From the NCBI RefSeq assembly GCF_006345805.1, contig NC_043012.1, positions 2,480,001 through 2,544,000 on the forward strand: a stretch of DNA of 64,000 nt. The letters are read 5' to 3'. A model generated the notes under the pieces. It saw only the letters and a list, made by a program, of their open reading frames with translations. It was not told the DNA's origin and made no database searches. The position numbers and the translations under genes are program-made. Below are positions 24,267-37,072 of this stretch, piece by piece. Position 1 is the stretch's first letter. The number at the start of each line of letters is the position of its first letter. Source of the stretch: Octopus sinensis (Eukaryota).

Positions 24267-24465
24267 ATACATTATTTACATTATTTACATTTGGCAGATA
24301 TTTGTCCTCATCTTGTTTGTTGTTAACACAACGTTTAGGCTGATATACGCTCCAGCCTTCATCAGGTGTCTTGGGGAAATTTTGAACAACAAACAAGATG
24401 AGGACAAATATCTGTCAAATGTAAATAATGTACATAATTCCTCATCTCTTAAATATAGAACTGTT
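24267..24465 (-). mobile_element. Penelope-like insertion with inverted arms, internal hammerhead and 9-bp TSD
   Basis: Inverted arms ~24279-24324 and ~24385-24432. Direct repeat gaatccatt at 24258-24266 and 24466-24474. Confidence 0.75.
24326..24369 (-). ncRNA. Minimal type-I hammerhead ribozyme motif (G12>U mutant)
   Basis: acac-CTGATGA-a-ggctg(gagcgtatat)cagcc-TAAA-cgt-t-gtgt. Stems I and II are perfect, stem III is the palindrome ACGU, the cleavage triplet is GUU, and there is one core substitution. Confidence 0.8.
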
Positions 24466-25459
24466 GAATCCATTTTAGTCTTATGTGTATAAACTATATA
24501 GTAAATAGTCTGGAAAAGAATTTACAGATTCTGTCTTCAGTAATGTTTGTCACAAGTGAATCCAAAGTTTCTGTCTTCAATGGCTAACAGCGCTATTAAA
24601 ATATATAAAATAGAATACTATGGGTGAGAGGTCTGTGTTCTGCAGCTTTATCACCTGACTAGGCTGAAAATATAATATTGTTTCATTGAAAATAATATAT
24701 TATAATAGTATAATATCTTTTCATTGAATGTGTCAAATTGGCAAAGTTGTTGGAGTGTCATATTGAATGCTTTGTAGTATTTGTTTCAGCTGTGTGTATT
24801 TTGAGTTCAGTTCCTACTGAGGCCATGAAGGGGGGCATTTAACTGTAGAAAGCTGATCCAATAAGCCTTATCCAGCCTTTGCCTGTATAGAAAAAGCGAA
24901 TGTAGAATGATGATGATGATGTCTTATGAGAAATTTGTCTTATTTCTTAAAGAGCTCTACGTTGATCTCTAGTTCAGTGATTCTCACAGAATTGTGTTCT
25001 CTCACCATTTTTACCTGTTCTACTGCCAAACGAGTAAGGCAGGTGTTGTCTAGTGCTTTGTTCATGACATAATACAGCATTAGAGATGAAGAAATCTGTA
25101 TGTGTGTGTGTGTGTGTATTTTGATTATGGACCTATTTGATCAGGGTGCCCGGTGCTTAAACAACAATAAAATAGAGTTGGTTTATCTAACTGAGAAGTT
25201 AGAAGACTGTGAACACCAGTTCATATAACTGATGGCATTCAACATTAGCCTTAACCATTAGTTTATATAGTATTTCTTATAAAATACATTTAAGATCATT
25301 GGATTGTGCTTAGGAAGATTTGGTTGCAATTTCTTGCAGATCAAGTGACTACCTAGGGGCACACCAACCTCATATATGAATTGCCTGTATATCAAAAGAA
25401 ACAAAAGAAAAATTATTAAAAATGAAAGGGATGGAGTTTGTTACTGCAGTAGAGTCCCC

Positions 25460-25636
25460 TTCTCCTTTGTCTCTCTTTCTCTCTCCCCTTCTCTTTCTTG
25501 CTCTCTCTCTCTCTCACACACACATCTTTCTCTCTCTCTCACACACACACCTTCTCTCTCTATCTCTCTCTCTCTCACACCTCTCCCTCTCTCTCTCACT
25601 CACACCTCTCCCTCTCTCTTTCACACACACACACAC
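25460..25636. repeat. (CT)n/(CA)n compound microsatellite
   Basis: Directly visible. Confidence 0.9.
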
Positions 25637-26376
25637 TGAAAATTAGCTGCAACATCAATAGCCTCACTGGCCTGAAATACCAGGTCAGGATGCACATAAC
25701 CAACAATACATGCAAGGGAGAAACAGGTGTTGCATTCAGAGTACACCTTGTCCACACACCTCTGCTATGACTACCACCAAAATCTATGGATATACAGAAA
25801 TAAACTGGACAGCCAAGAGAGTGCAGTATGTCCAGACTGTCATACTGTGTCCATACATTTCACCATTGCTTATCAGAATATTCAGTATGATCTTCATTTA
25901 AACATACCATAGAACTGCTCAAATCACAGTTTGCCTGGGGCTACATAATACCATAATTTTTTCGGTATCAAACACAAGTTCAGTGGTGAAGATATTAGTT
26001 TAAAATTGTTGCAGACACGATTGGTTGGTTCAGAAGCTTGCTTCCGAACCATGTTGTCTTGAGTTCAACCTCACTACATGGCAATTTCGTCTACTGTAGC
26101 CAAGGACTGATAAAGCTTTGTGGGTGGATTTGATGGACAGAAACTGAAAGAAGCCTGTCACACATGCATGCGCATGTGTATTAGTGTGTACTCTTGTCTT
26201 GATATCACATGGTGGTTGTAAATAAGCACCGTTGTTGTACAATCAAGGTACTTAATTTCTAGTCTTCCATAAAAAAATATGCCTCTACAACTTCCATCTG
26301 GCCTATGCAAGCATGGAACAATGAATGTTGAATGATGGTGATTATAGTTGTTATATTTTGGGATGGTTTTTTTTTT

Positions 26377-26600
26377 TTCATCATCATCATCATCATCATC
26401 ATTTAGCGTCCGCTTTCCATGCTAGCATGGGTTGGACGGTTCAACTGGGGTCTGTGAAGCCAGAAGGCTGCATCAGGCCCAGTCTGATCTGGCAGTGTTT
26501 CTACGGCTGGATGCCCTTCCTAATGCCAACCACTCTGTGAGTGTAGTGGGTGCTTTTTAGGTGCCGGACGGAGCTGGCAAACGGTCACGGACGGATGGTG
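26377..26600 (-). mobile_element. Family C retroposon
   Basis: (CAT)n-ttagcgtccgctttccatgctagcatgggttggacgg... Confidence 0.8.
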
Positions 26601-26727
26601 CTTTTTTTCTTGCCAAATAAACACACACACACACACACACACACACACTATATATATTTATATTCGTTCTTCACTCGTCTATTATTGTTCTTATTTTATC
26701 GTATATCCATTGTCTGGAAATATTTCA

Positions 26728-26776
26728 TCACACATCTGTGACCTCTTCTGAGGCCCTTCCATCCGTGTGTATCAAC
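26728..26776 (-). CDS. Candidate last coding exon (..ELIHTDGRASEEVTDV*)
   Basis: Acceptor tttgttttgcag|. In frame with the exon at 26860-26905; ends TGA TGA. Confidence 0.4.
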
Positions 26777-26859
26777 CTGCAAAACAAATTCATAAACGAC
26801 AATTATAATGATAATAATCTCTATTAATTTCAACCAAAAAATACCCAAGAACTATTTAC

Positions 26860-26905
26860 TCTTGATTTTCATTCATTTGTCCTCTGTATCTCCATCTGTT
26901 CCTAA
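26860..26905 (-). CDS. Candidate 46-nt coding exon (xRNRWRYRGQMNENQ..)
   Basis: Acceptor ttcctattttcag|, donor AGA|gtaaat, and an 83-nt GT-AG intron to the next exon. Only one frame is open. Confidence 0.4.
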
Positions 26906-27662
26906 CTGAAAATAGGAACATGGATAAAATATAATTCTTATTGTAAAATGTCATGAATATATTAAATGGTATCTATGAGAGTTCTCATGGACTAAATCAT
27001 GGAGACACACTGCAGTAACTGTGTATGACTTGAGGTTTCTTTTCATGTCTTTTGCCACATCAATTCCAAAACAGCATTGTTGAAGATACGTCATGTGTGT
27101 ATACACTAATACAACATTGTTTTGTTTGTTTCTTTATATTTTATTGCATTTATTTCAATTAATTTTGCAAAAACATTTCATAGAATTCATCTCAATAAGA
27201 TTCTGCATATTCAGGCATGACAAAAATACACACAAAAAGAAAATAACGATAAGCTTAATATTCTGAGCTGTTTTACACATCATGTGTTTCAGTATAATAT
27301 ATATTTGGATTTGACTGTCCAACAGTTTAGTGTGTGTATACAAATTGTTGGAATAAATATTTATTGTCTCTTTTCTGATTAGTCTACGTCAACCCTAACT
27401 TGAGAGTAAATTTCCTTCCCAGTTGAGCAAAATGATATTGTTCGTGCTAACTATGAGACAGTGCACAGTCTTGTGTCCTGCATAAATTCGTAGACCTGCA
27501 TCATGTGGGCCTGGCTACCAGACTTGAATGTTCCCACAAGAATGTGCAGTGGCAGGTTGATCTGTTCAACAAAAGCTGTGGCTTGCAAATTTTAGCCATC
27601 TTTATTTGATTGCCAGGCTGACAGGTGGCAAAGATCCATATAGTGTCTTGTTTGTTCTATGG

Positions 27663-27980
27663 CAGGCACTCTCAACCATTTTTTTTATCTCTGGATCCCT
27701 TTGATTACTATTTTATCCTAGTGGACCCCTCCAGTTCAATGTTTAAAATCGAGTTTTATAGAAACTTCTTTCAATATTCCTTATTTGTTTTTTCACACAT
27801 TGTGTTGGTTGAACTATGTAAAACATTAAGGAAAGAAATCTAGCTATTTCTGGCAATATCAAAACATACTTCTAAAACAAAATCTTTTCAGGGGCCCTTA
27901 AAATACTATTGTGGATCCCTAATTCACCATTTTGTTGTGTGGACCCCCAAAATCTTATAGAGACTCTCAGAGAGAACAAC
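27663..27980 (-). mobile_element. Degenerate hAT MITE (same family as 18815-19067)
   Basis: ctcaaccatttttttt...ccctttgattactattttatcctagtggaccc. Confidence 0.55.
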
Positions 27981-27991
27981 ATCTGTTTAAG

Positions 27992-28310
27992 GCGCAGAGA
28001 GCCATGCAAAGGTAAATATTGGGAATCTCGCTAAGAGATCATATCTGGAATGAGGAAATCAGGGATAGAACTGGAGTGAAGGGCATCGTTGCAGAATACC
28101 ACCACGCAAAGCTATGATGGACCGGTCATGTTGCAAGGTTCACAGACAATAGTTGGACCCCTGTGCAGTTGTTGAATGGTACCCACACATGTAGAAGAGA
28201 CCACTCAGAAGATCTCCAATCAGGTGGACAGATGATTTAAGAAAAATGTTTGGAACAATGTACAGGAGAATGGCAAGAGCATGAGGGGAATGGACCAGAT
28301 ACTTGGCCAG
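27992..28310 (+). pseudogene. RTE-clade LINE ORF C-terminal remnant
   Basis: AQRAMQR*ILGISLRDHIWNEEIRDRTGVKGIVAEYHHAKL*WTGHVARFTDNSWT / frameshift / VVEWYPHM*KRPLRRSPIRWTDDL, with the RTE WxGHVxR and RWxD motifs; contains stops and a frameshift. Confidence 0.85.
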
Positions 28311-28826
28311 CAAAGCCGACTCGGTACCAGACAGCCTGGCCAACCCAGGTGATAACTAAATATGGAAAGTGTGGTAACGTTGAATGATTAAGAAGCTTGC
28401 TTTGTAAGCACAAAGTCTCAGGTTTGATCTCATTGTTTGAGAGTTTGGGAAAATGTAATTTTTTCTATAGTCTCAAGTCAGGCGATGTCTTGTGAGTACA
28501 ATTGAGTAGATGGAAACTGTGTGGAAGCTCAGATGGATTGTGCTTGTAATTCAAAGGTACTGTTTTGGCACTCAGTGCATCATATTGATCCTGCTTACAG
28601 ATTATGTTAAGGCTGCATGTGTCTGTGGAATAGTTGGCCACTTAGGAACTAATTCAGGAGCAGGTAATTCAGGTGATCATGCAAGTGAATCCTCATTGCC
28701 AAAGGATGGAGAATTGCCATCATCACTATATATGTGATAGGAACCTATAAACTATTTCCTTATCTGTGGGGCCTTTTTCATGGGGAACCTCAATGCATAT
28801 AGATATAAGCTATATATTTATTCATA

Positions 28827-29037
28827 ACTGTCTGTCTGTCTATCTGCCTGTCTATTTGTAATTGTCTGTTTATCTATCTATCTATCTATCTATCTCTCTC
28901 TGTCTGTCTATCTATCTATCTATCTGTCTGTGTGTCTGTCTGTCTATCTGTGTCCCTATCTCTGTCTATCTGTGTCCTTATCTGTTTGTCTGCCTACCTA
29001 TCTATCTGTCTATCTATCTATCTGCCTGCCTGCCTAT
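28827..29037. repeat. (TCTR)n tetranucleotide microsatellite
   Basis: Mixed tctg/tcta array. Confidence 0.9.
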
Positions 29038-29336
29038 TGATGTAAACAGGAAAAATAGAACTCAGAATATGAGTATATGTATATTTTTGTTAATATTTAG
29101 CAGAAGTAACAGAGTGACTCAAGGTCCGAGAATTTCTGATAGGTGCCAACGAATGAAACTCTTAATAAATTATCGGCTGTTTGTCAGCCTTTTAACAGTA
29201 TGTAAACGAGCTGTGTCAGTTTTAAGTTTTGATTGCATTTTAATTAGTTGCTTTGCATGATGTTTTTGAATAACGGTTTGTGAGGATAAGGTGAATGAAT
29301 CCTGATGTTAAATAACAATGAAAGCAGTCAGTTGGA

Positions 29337-29375
29337 GAAATTAGGTCAGCTTTGGTCCAAAGCTGACCTAATTTC
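29337..29375. repeat. Perfect 19-bp-arm palindrome with 1-nt spacer
   Basis: gaaattaggtcagctttgg-t-ccaaagctgacctaatttc. Confidence 0.95.
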
Positions 29376-30140
29376 ATTCAAAATGAGACTGAATACATGT
29401 GAATATGAGTTCATATAATCTGCAAGTAAGAAATAGCTTATGCTCAGAGGTCAAGTTTATTACATATTATCATAAGAGATACATGTGTGTTTGTGAGGGG
29501 TTTGTGTATATATACATATTTATAAATAGATGTTTATATATGTCTGTAAATAGATACATACACTCCTCTTAGGACAGTTTTCCTGTTTTGTGAGATTCGC
29601 ATCATCTCAGGTCTTATTTAATTTCCGTCAGATTTGAGCATCATATCCTGTTATTTTCAAGGAATGATTCCCAAGGTTTATTCAAATTTCTCAATGTTCC
29701 AGCAAAGAAGCAACACCCTGTCTACTAATGGGGGACATATTTATTGCAAAGTCAACATTTAAAGTGTTCCAAATTATCACCACCATCTCCATAGCATCCT
29801 CAACAGACAAAACATTAAAGATGTTTCTATGACTACATCTGTCTGTGTTTTTGTTTTTAATTTTTGTGTGTGTGTGTGTGTGTGTGTTTGGTTTTAAATG
29901 ATATTCATATTTTAAGGTAAATTTTTCACAAAATACTAATGTGTGCAGTTAAGAATTATAGATGTTGTTACTTTTCTGATGGAGTAGATCTTTGATCAAA
30001 AGCTATCCAACCATAAGCCTCTCATTTTTTTATGTGCATCTAGGTCTATGTGCATTATCTAACATGTCTTTATTTAAGATAGAATGAGAGAGAAGAGAGA
30101 CTTAGCTGCTGTTTCTAACAGGTTGTGCAACCCATTAGAG

Positions 30141-30391
30141 TAGTGGTTTTAAACTGGGATCTACATGATCCTTGAGGATCCATATGAGATTTTGTTGTTA
30201 AAATTTATGTGAAATAAATTGGTTAAACTTCTCTACATTGCACAAAATATGTTAACGTTTTTTATGCAATTCCTAATAATGATTAATAATAAAATTATAA
30301 GTATTTTTAAAACTTTGAATATTTATGAGGGTCCACACGAGTAAAATAGGAATCAAAGGGTCCATTGGTAGAAAATGGTTGAGAACTACTG
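30141..30391 (+). mobile_element. hAT (Charlie-like) MITE nested in a family D repeat
   Basis: tagtggttttaa...ttgagaactactg; degenerate 8-bp flanks cattagag / gtgtagag. Confidence 0.8.
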
Positions 30392-32102
30392 GTGTAGAGT
30401 CTATCTCATTGGTTTATGCATAATTATTTTTTTGTTTCTTTGGCAGTGATTAAATTAATATAGTTTATAAAACAACTTGTCTTGTTCAGAAGGTTGACAA
30501 TTGTGCAAAATCATTACTCAAATTTTGAAGTTTTAAAATCTGTTATTTAAAAAGAATTCTGAGATACAATGGACACCTTATAGTTTGCTTCAAAGACTTA
30601 CTTGCTGTCATAATTCAAAACCAAAATTTCTTGTTTATATGGATACTCTTCATAAGATGTTTTGCTTTGTTTAAATTAGTTGTGTCCTTACCTACAGATC
30701 CACATTGAAGTTCTTAGTTTGAATATGGTGTGAGACTATACACACACACCCAGGAATAAGATACTTGATGATGATGATGATCAGAAATCAGAATGATAGA
30801 AACATAATGCACTGTGATAAATATTGTAAATCCTCAATCTACAGATGAGGTCTGCAGTCAAGAAAATTATATTATATCATTATTAACTACCCTTTCTCTC
30901 AGACAATTATAAAAATAATTCTGTAAGTGGGGGTACCTTTCTGCCAAAAATAACATTTGAATTTGAAAAGATTGGATTTTGTAGAATTGCCAATGTAGGA
31001 ACTGTACAAAATTTATTTCACTACCTTATGTGTTAAATTGTTTTATCCACATAGAAGAATCCTTAAGGACTTTATCTATAAAAATGATTAAACTCATATA
31101 CAATTGAAAAGGTTTGGATCATAATAAAACGGTTTACTAAGAACAAAAGATTTCAGTAGGGTCTACCATACATCTAAGCCCATTGTGGTTTTTGAGAAAC
31201 ATTTTTGAAATGGTTGTCTGGAGATTCATAACATGAAATAGATTAATTGGAAGAAGGATCTAAAGACGGTTAATATTCCCATGAAAGAATCAATATAAAT
31301 TATTTCTACCATCATCATAATTCTGACCAAGTTAAGGATTTTTGCTAAAGAAATCAAATGGTAATAGTGTTTTGGTGATTTTTCACTCCAACCCTGAGAT
31401 AGTAGCAATCTTGTGAAGTCTACCACAAGTTGCTAACTGCATCCTATGATGATAATTGAATATTAACAATTAGATAATGTAATTTGTTTATTTTATTTAA
31501 AGAATTTTTGCTTTGTTTTAATTTTTGATGCGATGGAAATACTTAAGAGTTTCCAGAATGAATCATAAAAATAGATGTATCTTAATGTTGCTTTGGATGT
31601 GTATTAAAGCGGTAATTGTTGATGTTGTTGTTCTTGCGTGGCTGCTAATGTCTGGTTAATGTGTTGTTCAATGGTTCTGCTCCTTCTACTTAAGTTGTTT
31701 TGTTCTATCATTGTTGCTAAGCACAAGATTAATAATGTTGTCAAGGAACTGCTAATATGGTGGTTGTTTACTTAAAGATAAGCAGGGACTTGAACTAACT
31801 GAAGATTTCTGGAACAGCTAGGGGAAGTGGGGGATGGAGTGAAGAAGGAGGAAGTTTGTGTGTGTTGGGGTCAATGTCAACATGTGTGATGGAGGGTGGT
31901 TGTTGTTGTTTAACCCTAGGCTCAGTGCTTATGGAGCGTGAAGTCACTTGCCAACCTGCCCCAACATCTGGCCTGCAGATCTGTCACTTTTCCCTTTTTC
32001 CACTGTTATCATTCCAGTCTGACCATCCAGTTTCTTCTGATTTAGATTTTGGGTTGTCTTTTACCATCACATCTTTATCTTTTAAAGCTGGTTGGATGTG
32101 AT

Positions 32103-32314
32103 TTAACCTCTTAGCATTCAGATTCCTCCGTCAGATGTAATGCTTATTTATCTACATTGTTTTGAATTAATCTTGAGACCTCCATGATGTGGTTGTTTTG
32201 TTTTTAGAATGACATTGTAGGGTTGGCATGAGAAGCCAGATCTGGCTACTTTCAACATAAAACAAGTGGACTATTTAGGCCAGATAAGGGCTGATTTAAA
32301 TGCTAAAGGGTTAA
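32103..32314 (+). mobile_element. TTAA-flanked piggyBac-type MITE
   Basis: ttaacctcttagcattcag...aatgctaaagggttaa. Confidence 0.85.
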
Positions 32315-32837
32315 GCAAGATTTGGCTGCTGTTTCTAGCAGGTTTTATGGCTACACAGAGGTTCCTTCAAAGGCTTATGGTCTGTCTGTTGTTGGTTACA
32401 CAGTGACATTGACATGGTTTCTCTGTTGTTTTTGCGAAACCGACATGAAACATAATGCTATTAGTTCAGAGAGAAATGAGAATTGTGACATTCACTCTTT
32501 TTCAAAAGAATTAGTGATAATTGGTGATAACTAGTTAATTAGGGACAATTAATTTCTTAAAGGAATTAGTTGCAACAGGGAATTGTAACCAAACCATGGA
32601 CTTGGTGCACCTACATGTCTTATTCTCCAGCAATTTATCTGGATGACATTGAAAACTTGATATGAAAAACATGTTAATAATATCATTAAAGGAAAAAGCA
32701 TTAGAGAAAAAGTTTATAAGTTGATAGGCACACTGCCACTCCAATACACATTTACATATCTCTTCTTCAGCACTAGGAAGCCTAGTGGTTGCTGAACCTG
32801 CTAGAAATAGCCACCAGTTAGTGAAGGGTTCATTTGT

Positions 32838-33201
32838 TCTTTTACTCGCTTCAGTCACTTGACTGTGGTCATGCTGGAGCACTGCCTTATCGACCTCAGA
32901 ACTTATTCTTTGTAAGCCTAGTACTTATTCTGTTGGTCTCTTTTGCCAAACTGCTGAGTTACAGCAACATCAACACACCATTATCGGTTGTCAAGCAATG
33001 GCAGGGAGACAAACACAGACATATATATATATATATATATATATATTAAATACTTACATACATAAGCACACACACGATGGGCTGCTTCTTTCAAATCTAT
33101 TCCCAAGGCTTTGGTTGGCCCAAGGTCTCATGTAGTGAGACTGAACTTGGAACCATGTGGTTGGAAAGCAAGCTTCTTACCACACAGCCAAATCTGTGCC
33201 T
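32838..33201 (-). mobile_element. SINE family A
   Basis: Tail, (TA)n tract and head recognisable, with deletions. Confidence 0.8.
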
Positions 33202-34042
33202 ATAATACTTTTTTAATTTTTTTTGAAAATATGAAAACCTAGTGAGTGGGCAATGTCAATTGCTTTAAACAAATAAAGCATAGAAATAGATATAACTTTT
33301 CCTTGTTCTGCAATAAAATACAGGAATTATTGTAGAAAGAATTTTTAGAGCTAGATGACCATCTTCTTGTAAAACACTTCAGTGATGATGTGAATGTCAA
33401 AGCCTGAAGTGGAGCCTCTAGACAGTTATTTGATCTGCCAGAAAAAGCAGTCGAGTTACTTTTTTTATCAAACCTTCCGCTTATATAACAGAATGGAAAT
33501 ATTGGCTAATGTAGTCTTAGATACGCTATTACTGAAGAAAGGAGGCTAGATGGTCATGGGTGGTATACCTTTGGTCATTAGTCGCCTTGATCATTAATAT
33601 CTGGGACTAATCAACAGCAACAATGGCAACATCATGAAATGGAATTAGAATTATTGTCCAACCAAACTGATCAGGTCATAACACTAATACTGTTGAACAT
33701 GAAGTTTGTACTGTTTGGAACAGTTGTTTAGCATAGTTGAATACCCATGTCTCTTGTTTTTATTTCATATTTTGCTTATCCTGGTGTTAGTCAGCACTAT
33801 TTTTGGTAAGCGAAGAATTTGTATGTGCTTGTTTTTGAGGCACTTTTCAAACAGCAATAACAACACTTCCATTGTCTGTCAATACGGTGAAGTGTTTTTG
33901 AAATGACAATGTAAACATGTATTGAATTGGAACAACAAAGTACCAGAGATTGTTGTTTAAAACCTTCATACACAAGATTTCTAATAAACTTCATTTACAA
34001 GTATGCAGTAAGTATTCTATTAGCTGCTACTGCTACTACTAC

Positions 34043-34084
<42 letters not shown>

Positions 34085-34317
34085 CTTAGCTATATTTATT
34101 TACCATAGTATATACAAGTTCCGTTGTGTTATCTAAATACTCGCTACTTGAAAGTTTATTGTTCAGAAATAGGAAACTAAACGCATTAGGCTTTAGTTTC
34201 TGATTTTCAATGTTGGAATGTGTACTGGTTCTAGTCTAATGGGATATCCACAGTTCTCAGGTTCTATAACAGAATTTGTCTAATATTAGTAAAATCAGTG
34301 AAAAAAAAAATCTATCT

Positions 34318-34705
34318 AGGCATGACTGTGCGGTTTGAAGGTGTTTCCAAATCATATGGTTCTGGGTTCAGTCCCACTGTGTGGTTCCTTGGGCTAGTGT
34401 CTTCTGCTATAGTTCTGGGCTGACCAAAGACATGCAAGTGGATTTTGTATATGGAAACTGAAAGAAACCTGGTGTGAGTGTGTTTATGTGTATGCGTATT
34501 ATCTATTTGTATGTATGTGTATGTCTTTGTGTTTGTTGCACAATTACTGCTTGACAACCAGTGTCGGTTTGTTTATGTTCCTGTTACATAACAGTTTGGC
34601 AAAAAGAAGCCTGATAGAATAAGCACCAGACTTAAATAAATAACTACTGGGGTTGATTTGCTCAACTAAACCTTTCAACGTGATGTCCTAAGTGAAAGAT
34701 AAAAA
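34318..34705 (+). mobile_element. SINE family A, older copy
   Basis: aggcatgactgtgcggtt...ggaaactgaaagaa...gatagaataagcacc. Confidence 0.75.
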
Positions 34706-35985
34706 AAAAAGCAGGACCTGTAGAAATTCCATATTCTATAAAGGTTCTATTTTCAATTTTGAAGTATAAATTTGTCGGTCTTCATAACATTAGTTTCGTT
34801 ATATTAAAACACCCATTAATGTCTTTGATTTCATTCCATGGTTAAGGCTGTTTACAGTGTAACACTTGAACTTCTTTTATTATGTTGAAACTTTAGATAC
34901 TGTCTTCTGCAGAGTGTGCTGGACCCAGTCTTCACATGCCAAAGGGTTAACCCATAGCTAGGACCCTGACAGTGTTTCTATTTTGAGTCAGAGTACTATA
35001 GTTGGGATGGAGGTGGTAACACACTCCTCAAAGCCTGGAACTCCCTAACTAGGACTCCACTACCAAATGCAGTTAAAAGCTATACCCAGGACATACCTTT
35101 CTGTACATATTATCACCAGGACTGCTATCACACAGTCATACTAACCTTCAACATAACCTAGTAACCCCTATCTGCACACCCCATACAATTGCCCCCCTCC
35201 CTCCCTGCCAGGCCAATCTATTGAACTTCATCACCTGTGTTCTATGACCTCTAACTACATACCAATACAAGTGTAGTCTTACACAAGCACGCATACTGGG
35301 CTTTATGGCTTTGACCTCTACTTGCAGGACAATACAAAAGGTGAATTTTTAGATTTCTTTCTTTATTATTATTTTTTTTATACATTCCTTATACCCCAAT
35401 CCTATGTGTTTACTCCCTAACTCACCTTCATTTTGTCCTTGGATATTTTACATACTACCCAAACCCCTCTTTTTTTAAAATATTTCTTTCATCCAAGTTA
35501 AAAGGCTCAGTCCCCAAATCTAAACATTAGTTTCCTCTTCTCCCCCTTGGCACACAGTCTTACTCAAGCTCACGAGCTTCACTGTATACATGCATACATA
35601 TGTGTGCTCATACAGGCACACACACACACACACATATGCATGCATGCACATGCAGACACATGTGCAGATGCCCTCACACATTTTCTCTTTAAATTCTTTG
35701 GTTTCAGTCATTAAACTGTCAATATACAACCCCATTCAAGAGTATAATTCAGTTGATTGAACAAGCAAATCCTCATTGTTGAATGACAAAGATCCATTGA
35801 TCAATCAACACACACACACACACACACACACACGTGGTGTGCGTGTGTGTGTGTGAAGCATGGCCATACAGTTAAGTATTTCATTCCATAGTTATGTGGT
35901 TCTGTGATATTTTCTTCTATAGTCTCAGGTTGACCAATATTGTAGGAATAAAATTTGATAGCGAGAAACTGTGGAGAAACCATCA

Positions 35986-36011
35986 TGTGTGTGTTTGTGT
36001 GTGTGTGTGTT

Positions 36012-36072
<61 letters not shown>
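35986..36072. repeat. (TG)n microsatellite
   Basis: Directly visible; similar tracts at ~60668-60719, ~50456-50485 and ~22101-22130. Confidence 0.95.
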
Positions 36073-36079
<7 letters not shown>

Positions 36080-37072
36080 CTGTTTAAAATCTGGTGTCGA
36101 TTGTGTTGTATCTGTTGATGTCTTCCAACATAGTGGATTGATGATATCAAAGGCTTGTAAGGGAGTTTAGTGAATAGAAACTGTAAAATAGCCTATCATG
36201 TGTATTTTATGTCTCCTTGCCTTGACTTGATGCATCACTAATTGTATACAAGCATCATTGTCATACAGGCAGTGTTGTTTGTTTTCACTCTTCTGTGAAA
36301 AGCATGTCTAGAATAGGGAAAATATGGCCTTGTTTGGCAACAGGCAAGAGTTGGCAACAAGGAGAGCCTCTAGCCATAGCAAATCTGCCTTAACAAATTT
36401 GGTCTGGCCCATGCAAACATAGGCCATGGGTCAGCATGGGAAATGGATGTTAAAGGATGATGATGATACACACAAACAATTTTTAGGTGCAGGAGTGGCT
36501 GTGTGGTAAGTAGCTTGCTTACCAACTACATGATTCCGGGTTCAGTCCCACTGCGTGGCACCTTGTACTTTGTAAAAGTAAAATTCTTGGTATGCTAACT
36601 ATATAAATCATTTTTTTAAAAATTCTATCTTCTAACCATTTATACTTGGTTTTACTTCAGTTATGTTACCAATATCTTTGAAAACTTCATGCCTCTTATA
36701 CAATTCCCTTTTTCTGCTAACCTTCATTATATCTACTTTCCTATTCCTGTACTAGATCCATTGTTTGATTGTAGCTGCTGTTTGGCCCTAATTGGGCAGC
36801 CCTTTGATCAAAGGCATTCCAATTTTGACTATCCTGTCATTTTTTTTTAAAATTCCAAACATAATATACATTGGATCATATTACTCAATGTCATTTCTTT
36901 TTATGTTAGAGTGATCTGAGGAGACTGTTACTATTTATAGTTTGTTGAGTAACCACAAAAGCAACTCCCCCCCCCCCACCAATATTTAGTTATTGTTTGG
37001 TCCAAAGTCAGTCTTAGCCTATCCTGTCTTTTTGTATATCTGGCACTACAACGGCCAGTGTGTTCCTTTTTT

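Noticed and set aside
32535-32882. 115-aa minus-strand ORF
   Set aside because: Starts in a SINE A tail and a family D fragment; the remainder has no recognisable homology.
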